Source: an uncultured Chloroflexia bacterium | GTDB taxonomy: Bacteria > Chloroflexota > Anaerolineae > CG2-30-64-16 | Assembly: GCA_963774265.1 (NCBI GenBank) | Contig: CAVZDU010000002.1 | Span: 96,001-160,000, forward strand | Direction: 5' to 3' | Length of the DNA: 64,000 nt | In this document: positions 47,992 through 59,166 of the stretch, piece by piece | How the letters are laid out: every line of letters begins with the position of its first letter | Numbering within the stretch: position 1 is the first letter of the stretch | Translations under genes and position numbers: made by a program | Notes under the pieces: model-generated | Databases searched by the model: none | Told to the model about the DNA's origin: nothing | What the model saw: the letters and a program-made list of their open reading frames with translations, nothing else

Positions 47992-50307
47992 GTGATCCCG
48001 CATCGTCGCTCACAAAGGCGCGGCCTGATTTGGACCGCGACCGTGTTGGTTACCGTGGTTATCGCATTTTCTGCGCTACCCGGTGCCGCTGCTCCTGTGG
48101 CAGATTCACCTCATTCTGTCGTCACTCCGACGCGACTTGAAGGTCAACTCAAAAGCGTCTCAGGCAATACCTGGCTGGTCGACCAGACCACGGTGGTGCT
48201 GGACGCGAACACGACCCTGATCCAACTGAACGGCCAGGCGCAGGTTGGCGCCTGGGTAGTGGTATGGGGCGACCGATTACCTGAGTATTTGCTCGCGGAA
48301 CTCATCCACGTGCTTCGCCCCGCAGGCTCCCCGACTCCGGTCATCCAGTTCACCGGTGTCTTACGCAAGGTTGCGCCGCCCTACTGGGTCATCGATGACA
48401 CCATTGTGATCGTTGATGCGAACACGAATGTGGTTGGTGAGCCGCGTCTTGGATCGCAGTTATCGGTGACTACACAACGAGTAGAGTGGGATCTCGTGGC
48501 CACGAACATCGCGGTGCTCGCGGTGGATGTCGCCAGCGTGCCGTTCGAAATCGAGGGAAAGCTCGAGCAGATCGTCGGTTTGACGTGGGTCGTCGATGGG
48601 ACACGGATCCGCGTCGGGCCGGGAGCTAACCCATCTGCGCGCGAAGGTGATTGGGTCGAAGTCAAGGCCCTGGCGGCCAAAGATGACACGATGGTTGCAC
48701 AGGACACGCGCGTCGTGGATCGCTCCCTTGAGGCACAGCTCGATGGCTACGTGACCGGCATCAGTGGCCTGGGTGACGTGAACCAAACATGGAGCGTCCT
48801 TGTCTTCGATGCCGGCCGACCTCAGACAAAGACCGTCCAAATTTCGGCCGATACTTACGTCGACGAAGATCGGGCCACTCTGGAGCCGGAGATTGAGGCC
48901 ATCGTCGAGGGCAGCAAGTTGGACGCGGCGGCAGTCAAGGCCGATATGATCAGGCTGGAACAGCCCACACCTGCACAAGTGGTGGGCGGGCTAACGGGGT
49001 CAGGCACCGATGGCCTGTGGGACGTAGGCGGACAGCAGGTTTGGTTCGAATCAGAAGCAATGGTAGCGCAGGCGTCCGCTGCGCAATCGGCGAGTGCGTT
49101 CGATGGAGGCGGGCTTCTTATCGTGAGAGGCGTCCGACTCCGCAACGGAGTACTCATTGCGAAGGAGATTACCCCTGGTAACGGTGAGAGCCTCAACGCA
49201 TTTGGGGCCAGCGTGGATGCAGCGCCCTGGTCCATGCCGACAGCAATCGTCCCCCACCTCACGGAAGCTTCTTTGCCCACCCTCTTGTTCGGTCCTGACG
49301 GAGCGGCGCATGTGATCTATGAGTCCGATGGCGCCATTTACCATGCGATGCAGCCGACGAACGGTCCCTGGGGCACTCCGCGAAAAATCGCCACCGGCAC
49401 CTCGCCGTCGGCAACCTTCGACAGTAAGGGCCAACTTCACGTCGCCTATGTCAACGAATTCATGGGCAATTTCGACATCTTTCACGTGCGTATTACCGAC
49501 GGCGCGAGGACGTTGCCCGTCAACATCTCGTCCACATCAGGCAGGTCAGCCGACCCATCTATCGCGACCGACGGCGCAGGCACCGTGTACGTGGCGTGGA
49601 TGGACACCAGCTCCGGACTATGGGCCATCCACACCGGCACGTGGAAAGGTGGCTATTGGACCAACTACCCGGTATCAAACGCGCGTGGACAGAGCCCGGC
49701 CCTGGCCGTGCTGCCTAATGGCGAGCTTTTTCTAGCGTGGCAAGACCGCCAGCCTACCTCGGAGGACACGTGGGGCACCTACGATATCTTCGCCAGTCAG
49801 CGCGAAGGTAATTACTGGACCCTGCCGGTTAATGTCTCCGACAATACCACGTACAGCCCCGGCTCGAACGCCATCGGCGTCAGCGTGGTCACAACCCGCG
49901 ACGGGATGGCGCACCTTGCATGGATCAACGATGGGCAACAAGTGCGCTATAATCCCGGTCGCGGACTGTACTGGCCGAAGCCTGTGAATGTTGGCGAGCG
50001 TCGTTCGTTGGCGCGCGGGCTGAACATGCGTCTCAGCCAGGATGGCATGCTTAATATGGCCTGGGATGAAGGAATGGTTGTCCGAATTGTCTCTGCACCT
50101 CCAACTGCCCAGGTTTGGCCCGAAGCCGAAGACGTGCCAATGCGCGACGGAGGACTATCTGATGTTTCCCTGACCGCTGCCGGGGGCGGCCTGGCGGTGG
50201 CTTGGGTTCACACTGATACCACTGGTGCGGTGGGAATCTATGAGAGCCGATACGATGTGGCGTTAGCCATGTTAAAGTGCTGGCTGCCGCTGATCATCAA
50301 TCCATAG
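47992..50307 (+). CDS. Secreted DUF5666-repeat protein with C-terminal beta-propeller-like region
   Basis: Signal peptide, repeated G.(L/I)..(V/I).G..W.VDG modules, repeated HVAY/YVAW/LAW strands; ends CWLPLIINP. Confidence 0.75.
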   Translation: MIPHRRSQRRGLIWTATVLVTVVIAFSALPGAAAPVADSPHSVVTPTRLEGQLKSVSGNTWLVDQTTVVLDANTTLIQLNGQAQVGAWVVVWGDRLPEYLLAELIHVLRPAGSPTPVIQFTGVLRKVAPPYWVIDDTIVIVDANTNVVGEPRLGSQLSVTTQRVEWDLVATNIAVLAVDVASVPFEIEGKLEQIVGLTWVVDGTRIRVGPGANPSAREGDWVEVKALAAKDDTMVAQDTRVVDRSLEAQLDGYVTGISGLGDVNQTWSVLVFDAGRPQTKTVQISADTYVDEDRATLEPEIEAIVEGSKLDAAAVKADMIRLEQPTPAQVVGGLTGSGTDGLWDVGGQQVWFESEAMVAQASAAQSASAFDGGGLLIVRGVRLRNGVLIAKEITPGNGESLNAFGASVDAAPWSMPTAIVPHLTEASLPTLLFGPDGAAHVIYESDGAIYHAMQPTNGPWGTPRKIATGTSPSATFDSKGQLHVAYVNEFMGNFDIFHVRITDGARTLPVNISSTSGRSADPSIATDGAGTVYVAWMDTSSGLWAIHTGTWKGGYWTNYPVSNARGQSPALAVLPNGELFLAWQDRQPTSEDTWGTYDIFASQREGNYWTLPVNVSDNTTYSPGSNAIGVSVVTTRDGMAHLAWINDGQQVRYNPGRGLYWPKPVNVGERRSLARGLNMRLSQDGMLNMAWDEGMVVRIVSAPPTAQVWPEAEDVPMRDGGLSDVSLTAAGGGLAVAWVHTDTTGAVGIYESRYDVALAMLKCWLPLIINP

Positions 50308-50366
50308 GCGGCTCGCATGTTGAGAGGGGGCGCCCGTCAGTGACCGGCACCCCGTTGGAAAGCCGG

Positions 50367-50831
50367 TCACTGCGACGCCGAAATCCAGCGCCGCTCGTCG
50401 AAAATCAGACCGCTCCGCAAAAGCTCCTGCCGGATTGTCTCGGCACTAACATCGTTCATGACGCCGCGCTCGATCAGCTGCGAACGCAGCCGCTGCAGCG
50501 ACCAGGCATCAAACTCCAACCCCAACACCCGCGGATCGGTGGTCGCCAAACCTACGATCGCATCGCGCTGTTGCTGACTGAACAGCCGGGGTCGACCAGG
50601 TGAGCGACGGGGGTATAAGCCTTTGAGGCCAAATCTGTTGAAGCGATGAATCCATTTACGGACATTGATCGGATGCAGACCGACGATCGAACTGATTTCG
50701 TGTACGCCACTTCGTTGGGCCGAAAGCAGCACGATTTGCACTCGTCGTGCCAGCTCTTCATCCGCGCCCTTGGCCAATTCCTCCAGCTTCGGCTTCTCGT
50801 CAGCCCTGAGTGACCGGGAATAGAGCGCCAT
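50367..50831 (-). CDS. Helix-turn-helix protein resembling an IS630 transposase N-terminus (no DDE domain)
   Basis: RRVQIVLLSA, NVRKWIHRFNRFGLKGL, SPGRP, WSLQRL, VSAETIRQ. Confidence 0.75.
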   Translation of the reverse strand: MALYSRSLRADEKPKLEELAKGADEELARRVQIVLLSAQRSGVHEISSIVGLHPINVRKWIHRFNRFGLKGLYPRRSPGRPRLFSQQQRDAIVGLATTDPRVLGLEFDAWSLQRLRSQLIERGVMNDVSAETIRQELLRSGLIFDERRWISASQ

Positions 50832-51153
50832 GCAACGCCTCCTACACACGAAGTGTGTTAATCTCAGAAATGTCTGGAGCAGCACGCCAAATACATAGGT
50901 TATGACGTAAAGTAGCTACAAAAAGACACGCTATTATTGGTTGGAAGCCGGACGAATCTGCAAATATTACATATTTTTAAGGTGTGCCTCGTGCATCCCC
51001 TCGCGCCGGACTTGACCGTCGCGGACCGGAGTGACGGGCGGTCGCGCGGATATGATAGATGTCATAGCGCGACGAGGGCACTTGCATGTATGCTTGTGCA
51101 CTGTGGCATTCTGACGGTTATCCCCCTCAAACATATCTGGAGGTTAGTGGAGC

Positions 51154-53026
51154 ATGAAACGCTTGACCCCCGTGCCGAGTGATCTGGATATCGCGGCAGG
51201 CAGCCGAACTGAGACCCATCCTCGAGGTTGCCCAAGATCTGGGCTTGACCATCGACGACCTGGAGCTCTTCGGTAAGTACAAGGCTAAGGTCCATCTCGA
51301 CGTCCGCGAGAAATTCGCCGACCGGCCGCAAGGTAAATACATCGACGTCACCGCCATCACTCCCACACCGTTGGGGGAGGGCAAAACAACAACGACCGTA
51401 GGCCTGACACAGGGACTCGGCGTGCTGGGCAAGAAGTCGGTGCTCTGCATTCGGCAGCCATCGCAAGGCCCGACCTTTGGCATTAAGGGCGGCGCGGCGG
51501 GCGGCGGCTATTCGCAGGTGATCCCCATGGAGGACTTCAACCTGCACCTGACCGGAGACATTCACGCCATTACCGCCGCGCACGATCTCATCGCGGCGGC
51601 TATCGATGCGCGCATGTTACACGAGACCGATGTTGACCCGCAGGTCATGTTCGACCGGCTGTGCCCGCCTGACAAGACCGGCAAGCGCGCCTTCGCGCCC
51701 ACCATGCTTCGCCGTCTCAAAAAACTAGGAATTGAGAAGACCGATCCCGCAGCTTTGACCCCCGAAGAGCGTGCCCGCTTCGCAATGCTCGATATCGACC
51801 CGGCCACAATCACCTGGAATCGCGTCATCGATATCAGCGACCGCTTCCTGCGCAAGATCGAGGTCGGCCTCGGGCCCGAGGAAAAGGGCAAAACGCGCAT
51901 CACGGGCTTTGACATCACCGTTGCATCCGAGATAATGGCGATCCTGGCACTGACCACCGACCTGGCAGACCTGCGCGAGCGAATTGGCCGCTGCGTCATC
52001 GGCACCAGCAAGTCGGGCGAGGCTGTTAGTGTAGAAGACCTGGGCGTGGCTGGTGCTGCCACCGTCCTGATGAAGGACGCGATCATGCCCAACCTGATGC
52101 AGACACTCGAAGGGCAACCGGCCTTCGTTCATGCAGGCCCCTTTGCCAACATCGCGCACGGCAACTCCTCCATTGTCGCCGATCAGATCGCGCTCAAGCT
52201 GGCCGATTACGTCATTACCGAGTCGGGCTTCGGGGCAGACATGGGCATGGAGAAGTTCATGGACATTAAGTGCCGCTACTCCGGACTCATCCCCAACTGC
52301 GTGGTGCTAGTTGCTACAGTGCGCGCCCTTAAGATGCATGGCGGCGGTCCCAAGGTCGTCGCGGGCAAGCCGCTTGATTTCGCCTACACCAGCGAGAATC
52401 TCCCGCTGCTCGATAAGGGCATCGCGAACCTGAAGGCGCACATCGAGAACATCAAGCGGCACAACGTGCCGGTCGTGGTGGCTATCAACCAGTTCAAGGA
52501 CGACACTCCGGCCGAGATCGCGCTGATCCGTGAGCGGGCTATTGCTGCTGGCGCTGAAGACGCGGTGCTTTGCGGCCACTGGGCGCATGGTGGCGATGGC
52601 GCCGTCGACCTGGCCAGGGCAGTCATGGTCGCGTGCGAGAAACCCGTTGACTTCCAGTTCCTCTATCCCCTGGACTGGAGCATTAAGGCCAAGATCGAGA
52701 AGATTGCCAAGGATATCTATGGCGCTGGCAGCGTAAGCTACACGCCGGAAGCCGAGGCGAAAATTGAGCTTTACACCCGCTTAGGGTTCGACAAGCTGCC
52801 GATCTGCATGGCGAAAACGCATCTCAGCCTGACGCACGATCCCAGCCTTAAGGGCCGGCCGACGGGGTACGTCTTCCCCGTTCGAGATGTTCGTGCAAGT
52901 GCTGGCGCCGGATTCCTCTATCCTTTGTGCGGAGAGATGCGGACCATGCCGGGTCTGCCGACTCGACCAGTGTTCTACGACGTCGACCTGGACCTGGAAA
53001 CAAATCGGGTCGTGGGGCTATTCTAG
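51154..53026 (+). CDS. fhs: Formate--tetrahydrofolate ligase (frameshift near 51195)
   Basis: [14 protein letters not shown] joins (+1) to ...[56 protein letters not shown]. Confidence 0.95.
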
Positions 53027-53047
53027 ACTCTTAGTCCCCGATTAGCA

Positions 53048-53080
53048 GCGTGCCAGACGTCTGCATGGCGTCTGGCACGT
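53048..53080 (+). terminator. Hairpin after fhs
   Basis: GCGTGCCAGACGTC/GGCGTCTGGCACGT stem; weak U tract. Confidence 0.55.
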
Positions 53081-53235
53081 TCGCGTCATAAACCCGAATC
53101 GTCCAGCGTTTGTCCGGGCCGGCCGTGCGTCATTTGTCAACGAGTGGCGGATGCGCTATACTACTTATAGGCCTCCGAAGGGCGAAAGTCTTCGGAGGTT
53201 TAGGCGTTTATTGGAAGGTTGCGCGAGGGTTTGCG

Positions 53236-53556
53236 ATGCCCACATATGTTTACGAATGCAAAGACTGCGGCGTCAGATTCGAACGGCTGCAGTCATATAG
53301 CGATCCATCACTCAAAGACTGCCCTGAATGCGGAGGGCATGTGCACCGTGTTATTCAGCCGGTGGGCGTCATCTTTAAGGGATCCGGCTTCTATGTGACA
53401 GACAACAAGGGAAAGTCCTCGACGGGCATCCCTGCAGGCAAGAAAGAAGACAGCACAAGCGCCGCGCCAGCCACGACCAGTACTGAAACAAAAACGGAGA
53501 GCTCCACGAGCACGCCACCTGCGAGCAGACGCGCCGGTGCCCGCAAAAAAAGATAG
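53236..53556 (+). CDS. FmdB family zinc-ribbon protein
   Basis: MPTYVYECKDCG...CPECGG...FKGSGFYVTD. Confidence 0.9.
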   Translation: MPTYVYECKDCGVRFERLQSYSDPSLKDCPECGGHVHRVIQPVGVIFKGSGFYVTDNKGKSSTGIPAGKKEDSTSAAPATTSTETKTESSTSTPPASRRAGARKKR

Positions 53557-53574
53557 CTAACTCGAAAGACACAA

Positions 53575-53619
53575 GACACGGAGGGCGCTGGATGAAGATA
53601 TCTCAGCGCCCTCCGTGTC
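53575..53619. terminator. 16-bp perfect stem-loop
   Basis: GACACGGAGGGCGCTG / CAGCGCCCTCCGTGTC. Confidence 0.6.
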
Positions 53620-53637
53620 CTAACACAGCCCCTCACT

Positions 53638-55669
<2,032 letters not shown>

Positions 55670-55678
55670 TCGAAGCTG

Positions 55679-56542
55679 GTGAAACGTGGAGGCTGCTTGA
55701 ACTGCCGTGCAACAGAGGGCGGGAAACCGGGCGCTCGAGAAGGCATGCTGTTTCTGCTGATTCTCTTTCTCATTCAGCTCCCCGCTTGCAGCGCCGGGCC
55801 GACGGTAACGCCCATGCCGGAGCGCCTGCGTATCGCCGGATCCACCAGCATGTCCCCTGCTCTTCGTGAACTGGCTGCCGCGTTCCAGGCGAAAAACCCG
55901 AACGTGCTTCTCGAGGTGCGGGGCGGCGGATCCACTGTCGGGTGGGATGATCTGCGCGCCGATCGAGTAGAGATGGCCGCGCTGTCGTGGTGGTATAACG
56001 GGCGGACCGCACCCTTGGGCTACCGGCTGACACCGGTCGGCCGCGATGCGGTAGCTGTGATCGTCCACGGCCAAAACCCAATCAGCAACGCAACCACCCT
56101 GCAGTTGCGCGCGCTCTTTGCTGGGGAGGTTCTCGAGTGGTCAGCGCTGGGCGGCATGGCCGGCGAGCCGGCCATCGTGAGCCGCGAGGATGGTTCCGGA
56201 ACACGAGCGGCGTTTGAAGCTCAGATTATGGGCGGACAACGGGTGACACTCAATGCCCTGGTCATGCCCACGACGGAAGCAATGGTGGACTACGTGGCAA
56301 CGCATCGGCTGGCCGTGGGCTACGTCACAACAAACGCCGCAGATGACCGGGTGAAGATCGTACCGGTGGAAGGGTTGCTCCCTTCGACCGAGGCTGTGCG
56401 CGCAGGCACTTACTATTTGACGCGAGTGCTTTACCTGGCGGTGCGTGAACCTCCCTCGCCAGCGGCTCAGGCTTTGTTAGATTTCGCGCGCGATCCGCTG
56501 GGACAATTAATCATCGGGAAACATCACGCGCCGATCCAATGA
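55679..56542 (+). CDS. Phosphate-binding (PstS-like) lipoprotein, no permease genes adjacent
   Basis: IAGSTSM, GGGSTVG, SREDGSGTR, YYLTRVLY; alternative start ATG 55745. Confidence 0.85.
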   Translation: MKRGGCLNCRATEGGKPGAREGMLFLLILFLIQLPACSAGPTVTPMPERLRIAGSTSMSPALRELAAAFQAKNPNVLLEVRGGGSTVGWDDLRADRVEMAALSWWYNGRTAPLGYRLTPVGRDAVAVIVHGQNPISNATTLQLRALFAGEVLEWSALGGMAGEPAIVSREDGSGTRAAFEAQIMGGQRVTLNALVMPTTEAMVDYVATHRLAVGYVTTNAADDRVKIVPVEGLLPSTEAVRAGTYYLTRVLYLAVREPPSPAAQALLDFARDPLGQLIIGKHHAPIQ

Positions 56543-56559
56543 AGGGTCAGGCGCAGAAC

Positions 56560-56649
56560 TTGACCCCCAGGCAACCTTATGCTATCCTGTGATCATTAGC
56601 TTCAGGCACTCTTCTGCGGAAAGTCGGGACCCCCCCGGCTTTCTTTGTT
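56560..56649 (+). promoter_or_regulatory. nusA operon promoter and leader terminator/attenuator
   Basis: TTGACC-17 bp-TATCCT with TGn; hairpin GAAAGTCGGG/CCCGGCTTTC + TTTGTT at 56619-56649. Confidence 0.65.
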
Positions 56650-56716
56650 GTAAGGGAGCAGAGAAGTAAGGGCCGGCTGTGCGCCGGGTGGCATCTTGCA
56701 GGAGTTATCAAAGGAA

Positions 56717-58484
56717 ATGAGCAAAGAGCTGATCATGGCTGTAAACCAGATTTGCGCGGAGAAGGAATTGCCGCGTGATGTGATCCTGGGAGCCATCGAA
56801 GAAGCATTGGTGCACGCGTATCGGCGCAATTATGCAAACACGACGGCGAACGTGCTGGTGACAATCGACCCGATCTCGGGGGATTTGCGCATCGCGTGCG
56901 AGAAAACAATCGTGGACGAAGTGCGCGACCCGGCCGTGGAGATTACTCTGCCCGACGCCGCGCAAGATCGATAAGACGGTTGAGTTGGGCGGGACCGTAT
57001 TCGATCAGCGCGAGCCGAATGATTTCGGCCGTATCGCAGCGCAGACGGCGAAGCAGGTGATCTTGCAGCGAATCCACGAAGCGGAACGTGATCAGCTGTA
57101 TGACTTCTATAAGCAGCGCGAGGGGGAGCTGATCAACGGCCAGGTGCAGTCGATAGATTACCGTTCCAATGCGGTGACTGTGACGCTGAGCAAAAAGGCT
57201 GAAGGTCAGATCGCTGCAGAGGATCAGTTGCCCAACGACCGGTATCGCGTGGGGATGAACGTGCGCACGCTGCTGGCCGAGGTCAATAAGGGGACACGCG
57301 GACCACAAATGCGGCTGTCTCGCACTCATCGCAACATGCTGCGCCGGCTGCTGGAACGGGAAATCCCGGAGATCTATAGCGGGACGGTGGAGATCAAGAG
57401 CATCGCGCGCGAGCCGGGCCAACGCTCGAAGGTAGCGGTTTCGGCAAGCCAGCCCGGGGTGGATCCGGTGGGCTCGTGCGTAGGCCTGCGCGGGACGCGC
57501 ATCCAGAATATCGTGGATGAGCTGAACGGGGAAAAGATCGACGTGGTGGAGTGGTCGGCGGATGTGCGCAGCTTTATCAGCAATGCGCTGAGTCCGGCGA
57601 AACCAACGGACACGGTGCTGATTGAAGAGGGTGAAATCCGCACGGCGATCGTGGTGGTGCCCGATCGTCAACTTTCACTGGCCATCGGGAAGGAAGGCCA
57701 AAATGCACGGCTGGCAGCCAAGCTGACGGGCTGGCGCATCGATATCAAGAGCGAGACTGAGGCCGCGACCGAAGGCCTGGCTGAGATTAAGCGTCAGCAG
57801 ATGCAGATGATCAGGGCCCGCACCCTGCACGATAAAGCGGCAGCTCTGCCCGCGACGGATGATTTGTTGAGCCGGGCGGAGTGGCTGTTGCGTGAACGGG
57901 ATAAGACGCAGGCAACGCTGGAGACAGCGGCGCGGCTGTTGGCCGACGCGGATCAAAACCGGACAGAGCTACCCATCATCGAAGCTTCGCAAGAGGGCCT
58001 CGCACAGAAGGACGAAGCTGCACCTACGTCCCCCAGGGCGACTACGCCAGCGGAAGCGGCGGCCGCGCAAGGGGTTGTCCGTCCGCCCGAAGACAAGGAA
58101 GGGGTGCTTGCTGCCGAGGACCACGGGCCGACTCCACCAGTGGTGGAGAGTCCTGAGTCGACGACTGAAGCTGCAACTGCAGTAGTTACGCCAGTGGCGG
58201 CGCCCGTTGAAGCCACGCCCACCGTCGCCCCGCAAACCGAGCAGGATGAAAAGGCCGGCGAGCCCAAGACAATGGGTGAGGCCGATGTGCAGGTATATGC
58301 GGACGCCGAGTTTGTCGACGAAGACGGCGAAGAGGTAGTTGAGGGCGACAAGAAGCCGGCGAAAAAGGGCAAGAAGACCGCTAAGAAACGCGAGCTGGTC
58401 TTCGATGAGAATCTCGGCCAGGTGGTGGCGCGGCGGAAACGTAAGCCGGGTCGCGGCGGCTGGGGCGATCTGGGAGACTACTAG
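56717..58484 (+). CDS. nusA: Transcription factor NusA (frameshift near 56960)
   Basis: N-terminal ORF joins (+1) to [52 protein letters not shown]. Confidence 0.96.
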
Positions 58485-58490
58485 ACCGCC

Positions 58491-58889
58491 ATGCCCAAAC
58501 CCAAGGGCCCTCGGCCAAAACACACACCGCAGCGGACCTGTGTGGTTTGCAGGTCGGAGCGCCCGAAGCGGGAGTTAGTGCGCATCGTGAGGTTGCCGGC
58601 GTCCCAGGGGGATGGTTCCCAATCCCAAAGGGAGGCTCCGCACATTCCAGGGGGAGACTCCGCACGAGCCCACGGGGAGGCTGCGCACACAATCCAGGTA
58701 GATTCAACCGGCAAGGTAGCTGGTCGCGGCGCCTACTTGTGCAAGACCGGTTCATGCTGGGACAACGCAGCGTTGACGCACAAGCTCAACGCTGCGTTGA
58801 AGATGACATTGACCGCCGAGGATCTGACGACGCTGCAGGCTTATCGAGCGACGCTGGCGGATGAAGGAAAACTGAAGGTTCTTCTTTAG
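58491..58889 (+). CDS. ylxR: YlxR/DUF448 RNA-binding protein
   Basis: PQRTCVVCR...KRELVRIVR...GRGAYLC; located between nusA and infB. Confidence 0.92.
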   Translation: MPKPKGPRPKHTPQRTCVVCRSERPKRELVRIVRLPASQGDGSQSQREAPHIPGGDSARAHGEAAHTIQVDSTGKVAGRGAYLCKTGSCWDNAALTHKLNAALKMTLTAEDLTTLQAYRATLADEGKLKVLL

Positions 58890-59166
58890 TCTGCAACCTT
58901 CAGTTCAAGGTGACCAGGAGATTTTGATGGTTGCGGCCACGCGACCGCTAACTCATATAAGACGGGCGCAGGACACGGGCGTCGCGAGGATGGGCTTATG
59001 GTAGGTTGATTCCCGCCGGCCCTCCCCTCCGTTTTCCTCAGTCCTGCCTCGTTGTTTGACCGAGATACTTTACCGGCCGGTCTTCAGGCCTGGTCTTCGT
59101 TGCCAGTCGCCTGCGACCGCGGTCGCTGCCTACGGGCTGGCTTGCCGGCACAGGAGGATAAACACG

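Noticed and set aside
50890-51150. ZTP or THF riboswitch upstream of fhs
   Set aside because: Conserved motifs of these riboswitches were not recognisable by eye.
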